The notes: a model not told the origin generated them from the letters alone. Positions 7,657 through 17,178 are shown, counted from the first letter of the stretch. The stretch: 38,645 bases of DNA from Methanomicrobiales archaeon (GCA_035542895.1 DATKKN010000073.1:1-38645), one strand, 5' to 3'. A program made the numbers and translations.

Positions 7657-8334
7657 GTGAGAGACATTCATTACATGGAGCATGTCGCATGCGAAGACCT
7701 CCTGGAGGCCGTCCTCGTCCTCACCGGGAAGGGGACACCCCCGACCGCAGGCGACCTCGCGGCGTACCTGCACCGGGACGAGGCCTCTGTCGTCGCCCTC
7801 CTCGGGGAACTCGGGAGGGGCGGGAAGGTTGAAATCGTTCCCCCCGGGACCGTCCTCCTCCTCCCCCCGGGCCGGGCCATCGCCGCGCGGGTGGCGGACC
7901 GGCACCGGATCCTCGAGTGCTTCCTTGCAGAGCGGCTCGGCATGGAGAGGAAGGCGGCCTCCGGGGAGGCCTGCCACCTGGAGCACCAGGTCTCGGAGGA
8001 GACCATCCGGAGGCTCTCGGAGTTCCTGGACGGCGCGGACGGCGAGTGCTCCCCTCCGGACTGGCGGCACCGCGGGCGGCACCGCGGCGGTGGCGCGGCC
8101 GGGCCGGTGCCCCGCACCCTCGCCGAGTACCCGGAGGGCACCATCCTCCGGGTGGCGGCCATCCGGCACTTCGCTCGGGTGCGGCGGCTCGAGGATTTCG
8201 GGCTCCTCCCCGGCGAGTCCCTCCTCCTGAAACGGAGGCTCTCCAACGGCTCGGTGGTGGTGGAGGTGAAGGGCTCGGAGGTGGCCCTCTCCGCCGGGAT
8301 CGCAGCCTGCATCCTCGTGGAGGAGCCGGGATGA
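7657..8334 (+). CDS. DtxR/MntR-family metal-dependent transcriptional regulator fused to a C-terminal FeoA domain.
   Basis: The N-terminal winged-helix region is followed by 'ADRHRILECFLAERLGM', a DtxR dimerisation-helix signature. The C-terminal FeoA/SH3-like segment of about 75 aa reads 'EGTILRVAAI...RLEDFGLLPGESLLLKRR...VVVEVKGSEVALS'. The start is GTG 7657 or ATG 7675. Confidence 0.8.
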   Translation: MRDIHYMEHVACEDLLEAVLVLTGKGTPPTAGDLAAYLHRDEASVVALLGELGRGGKVEIVPPGTVLLLPPGRAIAARVADRHRILECFLAERLGMERKAASGEACHLEHQVSEETIRRLSEFLDGADGECSPPDWRHRGRHRGGGAAGPVPRTLAEYPEGTILRVAAIRHFARVRRLEDFGLLPGESLLLKRRLSNGSVVVEVKGSEVALSAGIAACILVEEPG

Positions 8335-10181
8335 GGTTCGCCCTCGTGGGGAACCCGAACGTGGGGAAGTCCCTCATCTTCAACCAGCTCACCGGCCTCG
8401 GGGTCGAGGTCTCCAACTACCCGGGAACGACGGTGGCGCTCCACCAGGGGGCGGCATGCGTGGAGCGGGAGAAGGTGGAGATCGTCGATCTCCCCGGCAT
8501 CTACTCCATCGACGGGGACGCGGAGGAGGAAGTCCTCGCCCGGCGGATCCTCTCGGCGGGGGACCTGGATGGGGCCATCCTCGTCCTCAATGCCACGAAC
8601 CTCGAGCGGAACCTCTACCTCCTCCTCCAGGTGGCAGAGACCGGGATCCCCCTCGTTGCCGTGGTGAACATGATGGACGAGGCGGAGGCCTCGGGCCTCT
8701 CCCTCGACCTCACGGCCCTCTCCGCGACCCTCGGGGTGGATGTCCTCGGGACCTCGGCCGTGAGCGGGAGGAACATCGGGCAGATCATCCCCCTCGCCCT
8801 CGCCCGCGCCCGGCCGGCCTCCATCGCGGTCCCCTATGACACCGATGTCGAGGCGGCTGTCCGGACTCTGGAGAAGGAGCTGGGGGCCTCCCGGGTGCAG
8901 GCCATCTGGGCTCTCGACGGGATCGGCACAGACAAGGCCATCGGGGAGGCCGCGGCGGACCTCGCCCGGGAGATCGAGGAGACCCACCGGATGTCGGTCC
9001 ACCAGATCATGGCCCTCAACCGGTATACCCTGTCCCGGGAGATCGCCGGTAAGGTGGTGAAGAGGGGTGGCACACGGGCAGGGCCCGACCTGGACGAGCT
9101 GCTCTCCCGGGAGATCCCGGGGATCCCGATCCTCGCGGGTATCCTCCTCGGCATGCTCCTCCTCGTCTTTGTCGTCGGGGGCTTCCTCGAGACCCTCATC
9201 GTCGGCCTCTTCCAGGAGTACGCCATCGCCCCTATCCTGTCCCTCGGCCTCCCGCCCCTTCTCGAGAAGGTGGTGGTCTCGGCGGTGGTGGGCCTCCAGG
9301 CGGGCTTTGGCATCGCCTTCCCCTACATCCTCCTCTTCTTCATCCTCATCTCCATCCTCGAGGACTCGGGGTACATGACCCGGGCCGCCTTCCTCGCGGA
9401 CCGGGCCATGCACCGGGTGGGGATGCATGGCGGGGCCATCATTCCCATGGTCCTTGCCTTTGGGTGTAATGTACCGGCCATCATGGCAACCAGAAACCTG
9501 GGCACGAGAAGGGAGCGGCTCATCGCATCATTCCTCATCACGATGGTCCCCTGCTCCGCGCGCACGGTCATCATCGCGGGGATGGTGGCCACCTTCGTCG
9601 GGATCCCCGCGGCCCTTTCCATATACGCCGTGGTCTTCCTTGTCATCGCCCTCACCGGGGCACTCCTCTCCCGGGTCACCCCCGGCAGGCAGATGGGCAT
9701 GATCCTCGAGGTCGCCCCCCTCAGGTGGCCGAAGGCCCATCTTGCCCTCGCCAAGTCCTGGCACCGGCTCCTGGATTTCCTGATGCTCGCCATCCCCCTC
9801 CTCATCGCGGGGAGTATCGTCCTCGGGGTCCTCGAGTACCTCGGGGTTCTCGCGGCCTTTGAGGACCTGTTCGCCCCCATTTTCGTGGGCCTCCTCGGCC
9901 TTCCCTCCTATGCCGTCACCGCCCTCCTCTTCGGGATCCTCCGGAAGGAGATGGCCATCGGGACCCTCGCGGTGCTCGCCGGGACCGCCGACTTCCCGCT
10001 CGTCATGACCCGGCTCCAGATCTATATTTTTGCCCTCATGTCCACCCTCTTCGTCCCGTGTATCTCCACCATGGCGGTCCTCTCCCGGGAGAACGGCTGG
10101 AAGGCGGCGGCCATGATAACCGTGTACACCGTGCTCCTCGGGATCGGGATCGGGGCAATGATTAACCACATCTTCGCATAG
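8331..10181 (+). CDS. feoB: Ferrous iron transport protein B.
   Basis: The N-terminal G-domain has '[22 protein letters not shown]', 'DLPG' and 'NMMD', and a polytopic membrane domain follows. ATG 8331 overlaps the upstream stop codon (ATGA). The track start at 7917 is an over-extension. Confidence 0.92.
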   Translation: MRFALVGNPNVGKSLIFNQLTGLGVEVSNYPGTTVALHQGAACVEREKVEIVDLPGIYSIDGDAEEEVLARRILSAGDLDGAILVLNATNLERNLYLLLQVAETGIPLVAVVNMMDEAEASGLSLDLTALSATLGVDVLGTSAVSGRNIGQIIPLALARARPASIAVPYDTDVEAAVRTLEKELGASRVQAIWALDGIGTDKAIGEAAADLAREIEETHRMSVHQIMALNRYTLSREIAGKVVKRGGTRAGPDLDELLSREIPGIPILAGILLGMLLLVFVVGGFLETLIVGLFQEYAIAPILSLGLPPLLEKVVVSAVVGLQAGFGIAFPYILLFFILISILEDSGYMTRAAFLADRAMHRVGMHGGAIIPMVLAFGCNVPAIMATRNLGTRRERLIASFLITMVPCSARTVIIAGMVATFVGIPAALSIYAVVFLVIALTGALLSRVTPGRQMGMILEVAPLRWPKAHLALAKSWHRLLDFLMLAIPLLIAGSIVLGVLEYLGVLAAFEDLFAPIFVGLLGLPSYAVTALLFGILRKEMAIGTLAVLAGTADFPLVMTRLQIYIFALMSTLFVPCISTMAVLSRENGWKAAAMITVYTVLLGIGIGAMINHIFA

Positions 10182-10195
10182 GTACAGGGAGAGCC

Positions 10196-10957
10196 ATGCT
10201 CACCTTCATCGGCCTCGGGCTCTTCGACGAACGGGACATCCCGGTAAAGGGCCTCGAGGCAGTGCGCTCGGCGGATGTTGTCTACCTCGAGACCCACACC
10301 TTCCGGCTCATGGGGGCCGATCTCCCTGCCCTGGAGCGGTTCTACGGCAGGCCGGTGGTAACCGTCACGAGAGAGGAGATGGAGGTGCGGCCCGAAGGGA
10401 TCCTCTCCCCTGCCAGGGAGGGAAATGTGGCCCTCCTCTGCGGCGGCGATCCCATGGTTTCCACGACCCACGCCGACCTCAGGCTAAGGGCAAGGGCCGC
10501 GGGGGTGGAGACCCGGATCATCCACGGGGCATCGATAGCGAGCGCCGTCTCCGGCGAGACCGGCCTCCAGAACTACCGGTTCGGGAAGTCCACCTCGATC
10601 CCCTTCCCTTCGGGGTCCTGGTTCCCGACCACCCCCCTCGAGACCGTCCTTTCAAACCTCGCCCGGAACCTCCACACCCTGGTCTTTCTCGATATAGGGG
10701 CCGACCGGTTCATGACCGTGAACGAGGGGATCGCGCTCCTCGGGGAGATGGCGGCCCGGATCTCCCGGCCAGCGCCGGAGTTCTGTGTGGGCATCGCGCG
10801 GGCCGGATCACCGGATGCCTTCGTCGCCGCCGGAAGCCCGGGACGGCTCCGGGACCTTGACTTCGGGCCGCCGCTCCACATCCTCGCGGTCCCGGCGGAG
10901 CTTCATCCCGTCGAACAGGAGTACCTGGAGGCGTTCGCCTGGTATGAAAATCGGTGA
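10196..10957 (+). CDS. dph5: Diphthine synthase.
   Basis: Supporting motifs are '[19 protein letters not shown]....ADVVYLE', '[12 protein letters not shown]' and 'GLQNYRFGK', on a tetrapyrrole-methylase fold of 253 aa. Confidence 0.9.
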   Translation: MLTFIGLGLFDERDIPVKGLEAVRSADVVYLETHTFRLMGADLPALERFYGRPVVTVTREEMEVRPEGILSPAREGNVALLCGGDPMVSTTHADLRLRARAAGVETRIIHGASIASAVSGETGLQNYRFGKSTSIPFPSGSWFPTTPLETVLSNLARNLHTLVFLDIGADRFMTVNEGIALLGEMAARISRPAPEFCVGIARAGSPDAFVAAGSPGRLRDLDFGPPLHILAVPAELHPVEQEYLEAFAWYENR

Positions 10958-11522
10958 CTACGGCGAAGCTCTCGCGGCGACCCTCCGGGATCTCTGCCCT
11001 GCCCCGCCGGAGGGAACCCCCCTCCACCGGGTGGCCCGGGATGCCCGGGACATGGCCGGCGCGTACCTCTCTGACGGGAGGGCTTTCCTCGCCGCCGGGG
11101 ACCTCATGAACGGCCTCGCGGCCTTCACCTATGCCTCCGGGTGGCTCGCGGCCTCCCTCTCCCTTGGCCTCCTCTCGGGGGAGGCGGTCCCCCCCCTCCC
11201 GGCCTTCCAGCAGGAGGAGGGATCCCTCACTGGTGAACGGGTCCGGGAGAAAAGAGCCCGGTACCGGAAGATGCTTGCAGGGGCTCTCGAGGCCCTCGAA
11301 TGCTCGCCCGATCCAGGGAGCCCCCTCTATCCCGCGGCGGCATCCATCCTCGAACGGGCAGGGGCCCTTCTCAGGGAAGGGGATCACTTCACCGGAGGGG
11401 GAAATGAGGCTGATGCCCTCTCCTCATACAGCCACGGGCACGGGTGGCTCGATGCCGGGGTGCGGGCCGGGCTCTTCCGGATCCTCCATTCCCGGGAGCT
11501 CTTTACGGTGGGCCCCTTATAG
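10944..11522 (+). CDS. DUF357-family protein (two DUF357-like repeats), function unknown.
   Basis: Two repeats follow the pattern '...[28 protein letters not shown]' and 'LREGDHF...[21 protein letters not shown]'. I chose ATG 10944, which overlaps the dph5 end by 14 nt; the track start at 10785 lies inside dph5. Confidence 0.5.
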   Translation: MKIGDYGEALAATLRDLCPAPPEGTPLHRVARDARDMAGAYLSDGRAFLAAGDLMNGLAAFTYASGWLAASLSLGLLSGEAVPPLPAFQQEEGSLTGERVREKRARYRKMLAGALEALECSPDPGSPLYPAAASILERAGALLREGDHFTGGGNEADALSSYSHGHGWLDAGVRAGLFRILHSRELFTVGPL

Positions 11523-11566
11523 AAGGGGACCTCCCCTGGGCCCCTTATAGAAGGGGACCTCCCCTG
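11511..11566 (+). repeat. Exact 28-bp tandem duplication, GGGCCCCTTATAGAAGGGGACCTCCCCT x2 plus a degenerate third copy, spanning the DUF357 stop codon.
   Basis: Copies at 11511-11538 and 11539-11566 are identical, and a partial copy 'gggcccgctgtagaaag' follows. Each copy contains the mini-palindrome AGGGGAccTCCCCT. Confidence 0.9.
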
Positions 11567-11578
11567 GGCCCGCTGTAG

Positions 11579-11596
11579 AAAGTTTTTGAACTTTCC
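11579..11596 (+). terminator. Hairpin GAAAGTT-TTTG-AACTTTC with a T5 run; candidate terminator of the dph5-DUF357 unit.
   Basis: A 7-bp perfect stem read from the sequence. Its 5' arm and loop contain a T5 run (TTTTT at 11584-11588), and it lies about 57 nt after the stop codon. Confidence 0.4.
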
Positions 11597-11662
11597 CTGT
11601 AACCGGTACAGCAGCACAGCGCCGGGACAGGCCGGTGGCGCGATCGGGTTGGTGGTTTTTCG

Positions 11663-12703
11663 GTGGAGCGTTCCCAGTGGAAGTGGCTCGTCATCTCGGT
11701 GAGTTTCAGCCTGGTCGTGCTCGCCCTCGTCCTCCGTTTCACGGTCACCGAACAGACCTTCGAGTACCTCCGGCGGTTAAATCCCCTCCTGCTCCTCCTC
11801 GCCATCGTCTTCCATTTCCTTGCCTACGGCTTCTGGGCGATGCGGATCAGGGTTATGGCCGCCTCCCTCGGCCATCAGGTGGAGTTCAGCTATTGCCTGA
11901 ACCTGGTCATGGCAAACCTCCTCGCGGGGGCCATCACCCCGGCACAGGCCGGCGGGGAGCCCGTCCGGATCCACCAGCTGTACCGGCACGACGTCCCCCT
12001 TGGGGATGCCACGGCGGTCGTCGTGGTCGAGCGGGTCCTCGATGCCATCATCCTCGGGGTAGCCGGGATCGCGGCCATCTTCATCCTCGGTGAGCTGGTC
12101 GCGGACGTCCCGACGGACCTGACGATCGTGATCTTCATCGCCTGGATGGTCATGGTCCTTTTCATCGCGGCCTTCGTCTTCTCGATGAGGAACCCCGCGT
12201 TCCTGAAGCGGTTCTTAAAGCGGATCTCCAGGCTCTTCATGAAGCGGTGGGACTTAAAGAAGGTCGAGCGCCTGATCGCCTCCATTGACCGGGAGGTGGA
12301 CAACTTCCATGACAGCCTCTCCCGGTTCATGGCCCATGGCCGGGCCGGCCTCCTCAAGGGAGCCTTCTTCACCGCCCTCTTCTGGTTCTCGGAGTTCATC
12401 ATCGTCTCCCTGATCCTCATGGGCCTCGGGGAGCAGCCCTACTACCTCCTCTCCCTCGTCGCCCAGATCGTCATCGCCATCATCATGATGATCCCCCTCA
12501 CCCCCGGGTCCTCCGGGATCGCCGAGCTCTCGGCGACCTCCATCTACGGGCTCTTCATCAATACGTCCATCGTCGGGGTCCTCGTGGTCGTCTGGAGGGC
12601 GATCTTCTACTACCTGAATATCGCCGTCGGGATCATCGCCTCCATCCCCATCATCCAGAGGGAGATGGTCCGTCGTGAGGCTGTCGATCACCCCAAGGTT
12701 TAA
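11663..12703 (+). CDS. Flippase-like / lysylphosphatidylglycerol-synthase-TM-domain (UPF0104) membrane protein.
   Basis: A polytopic membrane protein of about 8 TM segments with 'LLAGAITPAQAGGEPVRIHQL' and 'IPLTPGSSGIAE', as in the TIGR00374/UPF0104 family. GTG start. Confidence 0.7.
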   Translation: MERSQWKWLVISVSFSLVVLALVLRFTVTEQTFEYLRRLNPLLLLLAIVFHFLAYGFWAMRIRVMAASLGHQVEFSYCLNLVMANLLAGAITPAQAGGEPVRIHQLYRHDVPLGDATAVVVVERVLDAIILGVAGIAAIFILGELVADVPTDLTIVIFIAWMVMVLFIAAFVFSMRNPAFLKRFLKRISRLFMKRWDLKKVERLIASIDREVDNFHDSLSRFMAHGRAGLLKGAFFTALFWFSEFIIVSLILMGLGEQPYYLLSLVAQIVIAIIMMIPLTPGSSGIAELSATSIYGLFINTSIVGVLVVVWRAIFYYLNIAVGIIASIPIIQREMVRREAVDHPKV

Positions 12704-12717
12704 CGTGGGAAAGGGCG

Positions 12718-13182
12718 ATGATTACCTTCGCCATGGACGAGCAGCGCTGCAGGGTCCGGGGGGTATTTCTCTCGATGAGCGAGGCAGGGGCGGCAGCACC
12801 GACGGTGCTCCTCGACCTCCCGGGTGGCGACTGCATCCCCATATACATCGGTCTCTGGGAGGCCATCTCCATCCGGAATGCCATCAAGGGGGAGGTGCTC
12901 CCGAGGCCCATCACCCATGACCTTTTTGTTGAAGTGCTCAGGAGACTCCATGCGACGGTCACGGCGCTTTCCATTGACTCCCTCGAGGAAGGGATCTTCT
13001 TTGCAAAGCTCCACGTGAAGATGGACGGGGTGGTCGAGGTGGTGGACTGCCGTCCGAGCGACGGCATCGCCATCGCGCTTCGCACCGACGCCCCCATCAC
13101 CGTCGAGGAGAGCGTGGTCTCCCTCGCGAGGAAGAAGCGGGAGGATCTCCAGAACCTGCAGGACCTGGACTCGGTGATGTAG
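12718..13182 (+). CDS. Bifunctional nuclease (BFN/DUF151) family protein.
   Basis: Supporting motifs are 'IPIYIGLWEAISI', 'RPITHDLF' and 'VDCRPSDGIAIALRTDAPI'. Confidence 0.8.
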   Translation: MITFAMDEQRCRVRGVFLSMSEAGAAAPTVLLDLPGGDCIPIYIGLWEAISIRNAIKGEVLPRPITHDLFVEVLRRLHATVTALSIDSLEEGIFFAKLHVKMDGVVEVVDCRPSDGIAIALRTDAPITVEESVVSLARKKREDLQNLQDLDSVM

Positions 13183-13201
13183 GTCCCCCGGGCCCTTTTT
13201 T
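13183..13201 (+). terminator. GC-rich palindromic element (CCCGGG core) followed by a T6 tract; candidate terminator.
   Basis: 'gtcccccgggcccTTTTTT' immediately follows the BFN stop codon, with T6 at 13196-13201. Oligo-T is the usual archaeal termination signal. Confidence 0.5.
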
Positions 13202-13205
13202 CCGC

Positions 13206-13505
13206 CTACCGCGGGCGGCGCCTTCTCCCGAGCTCGGCGTAGATCTCTTCGATATCGATCCCGGCGGCGGCGAGGGCCAGGAGCAGGTGGAACTGGAGGT
13301 CGGCCGCCTCGGAGACGGCGGCCTCCCGTTTCCCGTTCTTCACCGCGAGGATGAACTCCACCGCCTCCTCGCCCACCTTCTCGAGGATGCCGTCGATACC
13401 TTTCTCACCGGTGGCGAGCCGGCCCACGTACGAATTCTCCCGCGGGTTGTTGATCCGGTCGCCTATGACCTCCCAGACCTCGTCGAGGATCCCGCTCCCG
13501 GTCAT
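13206..13505 (-). CDS. hisE: Phosphoribosyl-ATP pyrophosphohydrolase.
   Basis: A 99-aa MazG-like protein: 'YVGRL...GID.ILEKVGEEAVEFILA.KN', 'EAADLQFHLLLALAAAGIDIEEI'. Confidence 0.88.
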   Translation of the reverse strand: MTGSGILDEVWEVIGDRINNPRENSYVGRLATGEKGIDGILEKVGEEAVEFILAVKNGKREAAVSEAADLQFHLLLALAAAGIDIEEIYAELGRRRRPR

Positions 13506-13942
13506 GCCGTCTCCCCCCCCGAGAGGATCTCGCCGAGCTCGGTGCCGAAGAATCTCCGGAAGAGGAGTCTCGCCTTCTCCACGTTCGCCCCCCCCTTTCC
13601 GATGGCAAGGCCGAGGTCGCTCCGCTTCTGGAGGACCACGGCAACCCTCCCGGCCTCGTCCCTCTTCACCGCCGAGAGAGGGGCAGGCCGGAACATGTTC
13701 GCCACGAAATCCTCGGGGGTTTCGGCGTACTCCACCATCTCGATCTTCTTGCCGAGCACCTTCTGCATCCTCCTGATATTCTCCCCCTTCTTCCCGATGG
13801 CAAGGCCCATGTCGCCGGGCCTGATGACATAGATGATCCGGTCGAACCGCTCGTCGATGATGCAGTCGATGGCGGTGGATTTGGTGAGGATCCGGAGCTC
13901 CTCGATGTATCTCCTTTCTTTAAAACCTATGGTGCGCTCCAT
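13502..13942 (-). CDS. nusA: Archaeal NusA-like protein with two KH domains.
   Basis: Two KH GxxG loops are present, 'GLAIGKKGENIRRMQKVLGKKIEMVEY' and 'GLAIGKGGANVEKARLL'. I chose ATG 13942 because a TATA-like box (13967-13980) sits about 25 nt upstream, which makes the longer track ORF (start 14023) unlikely. It overlaps the hisE start by 4 bp. Confidence 0.75.
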   Translation of the reverse strand: MERTIGFKERRYIEELRILTKSTAIDCIIDERFDRIIYVIRPGDMGLAIGKKGENIRRMQKVLGKKIEMVEYAETPEDFVANMFRPAPLSAVKRDEAGRVAVVLQKRSDLGLAIGKGGANVEKARLLFRRFFGTELGEILSGGETA

Positions 13943-13966
13943 GCCACCTGACCTTCTGCTCTCCCC

Positions 13967-13980
13967 GTATATATGGTTAA
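13967..13980 (-). promoter_or_regulatory. TATA-box-like element for the nusA-like/hisE unit.
   Basis: The minus strand reads 'ttaaccatatatac', centred about 27-30 nt upstream of ATG 13942. This implies a leaderless or very short-leader mRNA. Confidence 0.4.
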
Positions 13981-14526
13981 AGAAATCGTCCCGAGGAGAA
14001 GGATGGTTCCGGGACGCGTGCATGTCCCGGGAGAAAGGAGTGTAAGGGATCTCGCCCGGGGGACTGGTTCCCCCCCGGGCATCCCCGATGGAAACCCGCC
14101 CTATCTCGGCGGGGTAAAAAAGGGAGGAGAGTTCAGGGTTCCGGGCGGTTGATAGCGGGAGTGCTCGTCACTGGTGGTGTGGGGATTTGGATTTGCCACC
14201 CGGCCCTTCGGATCTCCCCAGATTTTCATGCACATGAGGTGACTCCTTTCACTTGGTCTCTCTCTTGTAACCGGGAGGGGGCTGTCCCAACCCAGCCCGG
14301 TTCACATATAACAATAATCACTAATAGTATATATACATTTCCTTCATCGTGTAAACGCGGAATATACCTTTATAGAAAATCTGGCTTGTAATCAATGGGA
14401 AAATACCTACAGAAGCCCGGTATTACGGGATTCAGGCGGATACCTCCGTCGGGATATGACTGAAAATGCGGGGAGGGCCCGGCGACCCTGGCCGGGAATG
14501 GCCGGGGAGCCGCCCGGCCCGCGGGG

Positions 14527-15417
14527 TCACCTCTTCCTCGTGGGTGTCGTTCCGGAAAGGTAGTCGAGGTCGATCTGCCTGAGGAGGTCGGGCGCCATTG
14601 ACCGAAAGACGCCTTCGATGTTCCTGATGGCCTCGAGGTCGTCAGAGGATCGTTCCTCCTTTCCCCCGCGGGGCCGGAAGATGGCCACCGCGCCGATGGT
14701 CCTGCCCCGGGCGTCCCGGATCGGGGAGACCCGGTCCTCGACCGGCCACTTCGTGCCGTTCTTGGCGAGCAGGACCTCGTCCCCCACCGCGGTCACCAGG
14801 TTTTCCTCCCGGGCGGCCCGCTTCGCGAGGTTCTCGACCTCGGTCCCGCTGTCCCCGTGCACGAGCCTGAGGATCTCCGGGAGGGGGCGGAGGTAGGCAT
14901 CGGAGGACTGCCAGCCGGTCATCAGTTCCGCGGCCGGGTTCATGAAGGTGACCTGCCCCTCGGGGTTCGTGGTGATGATCCCGTCGCTGATCGCCATGAG
15001 GGTCTCGAGGAACCACTCCCCCTTTTCCCGCTCCCGCTTCTCCCTCCGGTGCTTGTAGATGGCCATCTCGAGCGTGGTCTTCAGCTCGGTATCGGTGAAG
15101 GGCTTGATCAGGTACCCGTACGGCTCGGTGATCTTCGCCCGCTCGACGGTCCTCTCGTCCGAGTACGCGGTCAGATACACGATGGGGATGTGGAGGTCCC
15201 CGGAGATCTGCTCCCCTGCCTCTATCCCGTCCATCTCCCCCTTCAGCCGGATGTCCATCAGCACGAGGTCGGGATGGACCTTCGCCGACCGTTCCACCGC
15301 CTCCTCCCCCGTGGAGACGATCCCGGCGACCTGGTACCCGAGCTCCTGGAGGCTCTCGGCAAGGACCTTTGCTATGACAAAGTCGTCCTCAACGATGAGA
15401 ATATTGGCTTTGGCCAC
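14527..15417 (-). CDS. Response regulator with a REC domain fused to a PAS domain (no DNA-binding output domain).
   Basis: The REC domain has 'ILIVEDDFVIAKVL', 'DLVLMDIRL' (phospho-acceptor Asp) and 'YLIKPF'. The PAS domain has 'ISDGIITTNPEGQVTFMNPAAELMTGW...'. Confidence 0.88.
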   Translation of the reverse strand: MAKANILIVEDDFVIAKVLAESLQELGYQVAGIVSTGEEAVERSAKVHPDLVLMDIRLKGEMDGIEAGEQISGDLHIPIVYLTAYSDERTVERAKITEPYGYLIKPFTDTELKTTLEMAIYKHRREKREREKGEWFLETLMAISDGIITTNPEGQVTFMNPAAELMTGWQSSDAYLRPLPEILRLVHGDSGTEVENLAKRAAREENLVTAVGDEVLLAKNGTKWPVEDRVSPIRDARGRTIGAVAIFRPRGGKEERSSDDLEAIRNIEGVFRSMAPDLLRQIDLDYLSGTTPTRKR

Positions 15418-15430
15418 GTGGAAAACCCCT

Positions 15431-17086
15431 TTACTTCTTCATTTCTGGAAACCTGATGATAAAGCTTGTACCCTTCCCCTTCCCGGTCTCGATGGAGCCC
15501 CCGAGCTGGTTCACCACGAGGCCGTGGACGAGCCTGAGGCCAAGGGTCTCGGTCCTCTCCGGGTCGAAGCCCGGGGGAAGCCCGGTACCGTCATCCCCTA
15601 TCTCCATGAGAAAGCCCGTCTCATCCTTCTTCACCCTGATGCGGATCATTCCTCCTCTCCCGTCGGGGAAGGCGTACTTCAGGGAGTTGCTCACGAGTTC
15701 GTTGATGATCAGGCTCGCGGGGAGGGCGGTGTCGATGTCGAGGGAGATGTCCTTCACGTCCATCTGGAGCTCGACCCCCGCCGACCGTTCCTCGTACGAG
15801 CGGAACAGGTACTGGACGAGCCGGGTCAGGTACTCCGCGAGGTCGATGTTCCCAAAGGACCGGGACTGGTAGAGCTTCTCGTGGATGAGGGCCATGGTCT
15901 TGATCCGGTGCTCGCTGTCCCGGAACATTTCGAGGATCTTCCGGTCCTTCGTCTTCTTGGACTGGAGAATGAGGAGGGCCGAGACCACCTGCATGTTGTT
16001 CTTCACCCGGTGGTGGATCTCCCGGAGCAGGTTCTCCTTCTCGAGGAGGGAGGCCCGGATCTGGGCCTCGGCACGCTTGAGGATGGTGATGTCGATGCAG
16101 ACCGAGACCGCCGCCTTCACCTTCCCTGCCTCGTCCCTGAGCGGGTACATGTTAAGGAGGGCAGGGAACTTCTCCCCGTTCCTGCGGACAAGGGTGATCT
16201 CCCCCGAATACTCCACCTGCTTCCTCTTCATCTTCCGGTGGATCTCCTCGAGCAGGTCCAGCTCCTCCGGGGGGTAGAGGATGGCGAGCCTCTCGCCCAT
16301 GATATCCCCCTTCCAGTACATGAAGATCCCCTCTGCCCCCGGGCTGAAGTCGGAGATCCGGCTCTCCTTCCCCCGGAGATCCGAGGTCACGAAGGCGACA
16401 TTCTGGGCCGCCTCGAAGACGGCCGAGAGGCGCCGTTCCCGCTCGGTGAGCTCCCGGTCCCGGGAGAGGCTCATTTTCATGGCCCGGAGGAAGATGGTCA
16501 GGAGCCGGTCCTCCCTCTCTTTCAGGAACCGTTCCTTTCTCCTCTCTTCTGTCCTTTCCCGGAATGAATCAAGCCGGAAGCCCTCATAGGGAGGATTGCG
16601 GAGGGCCCTGCTCGAGTACCCGAACCAGCATTCCCCGGCCGGAAGCCGGATGCTGAACTCGAGGATCCCTTCCACGTTCCCGGAAGAGAGGAGGTCGGGC
16701 AGGTCCTTTTGAGCCGGATTTGACACAAGCCGGGGAGATATGCAGTGCTCGACATAGTTCCGGATCGCCATCCCCCGGGCCTCTTCGCCGGGCAGTCCCG
16801 AAATCCGCTCCATGGCGGGGTTGGCATGGACGATCCGGCCCCCGGCATCCACGAGGACCATCCCGTCCTCAAAAAGGTCGAGGATCGCCCCGGCATCATC
16901 CGCGGCTGCGGGTCGGTTCCCCCGGGTTGCACCCCTCGTCAGCAAGAGCCCCCTACACATATATAGGATGAAGATGACAATAAAATCGTCCCCACGCGTA
17001 CCTGGAGGAGGGAAGGCCGGAAGGGACCGGGGCATGCCCGGGATGCTTAAGGGCAGGACCTTTCCCGGGTTGATAAAGGTTATCAT
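15431..17086 (-). CDS. PAS-domain sensor histidine kinase (HisKA_2/HWE-type H-box).
   Basis: Two or three PAS segments are present ('GMVLVDAGGRIVHANPAMERISG'). The H-box is 'EIHHRVKNNMQVVSALL'. The ATPase motifs are the N-box 'NELVSNSLKYAF', 'GDDGTGLP' and 'LGLRLVHGLV.QLGG'. The start position is uncertain. Confidence 0.88.
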   Translation of the reverse strand: MITFINPGKVLPLSIPGMPRSLPAFPPPGTRGDDFIVIFILYMCRGLLLTRGATRGNRPAAADDAGAILDLFEDGMVLVDAGGRIVHANPAMERISGLPGEEARGMAIRNYVEHCISPRLVSNPAQKDLPDLLSSGNVEGILEFSIRLPAGECWFGYSSRALRNPPYEGFRLDSFRERTEERRKERFLKEREDRLLTIFLRAMKMSLSRDRELTERERRLSAVFEAAQNVAFVTSDLRGKESRISDFSPGAEGIFMYWKGDIMGERLAILYPPEELDLLEEIHRKMKRKQVEYSGEITLVRRNGEKFPALLNMYPLRDEAGKVKAAVSVCIDITILKRAEAQIRASLLEKENLLREIHHRVKNNMQVVSALLILQSKKTKDRKILEMFRDSEHRIKTMALIHEKLYQSRSFGNIDLAEYLTRLVQYLFRSYEERSAGVELQMDVKDISLDIDTALPASLIINELVSNSLKYAFPDGRGGMIRIRVKKDETGFLMEIGDDGTGLPPGFDPERTETLGLRLVHGLVVNQLGGSIETGKGKGTSFIIRFPEMKK

Positions 17087-17178
17087 GGTTTCGTTAACCT
17101 TTCATGCACTCATCAGACGGCGATAATATTGGCAAATCCAGCCAATCAAGAATTAATCAAAAATAGGCAATAAGAAAT

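Noticed and set aside
7671-9428. A 585-aa minus-strand ORF antisense to dtxR-feoA/feoB. Similar long antisense or alternative-frame ORFs occur elsewhere, e.g. 5870-7246(+), 15059-16567(+), 21447-22460(+), 24612-25955(-), 31680-32537(-), 34192-35172(-), 35111-36271(+) and 27311-28159(-).
   Set aside because: Their translations are low-complexity and rich in R/P/G/E/D/H, with no recognisable motifs. Each lies opposite, or out of frame with, a gene that has clear family signatures. Long spurious ORFs like these are expected in DNA of about 63% GC, where stop codons are rare.
14149-14391. An 80-aa plus-strand ORF in the long intergenic gap.
   Set aside because: It crosses the AT-rich promoter-like island and has no ribosome-binding site or recognisable motifs. 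Its composition is odd and it lacks the third-position GC bias of the host genes.
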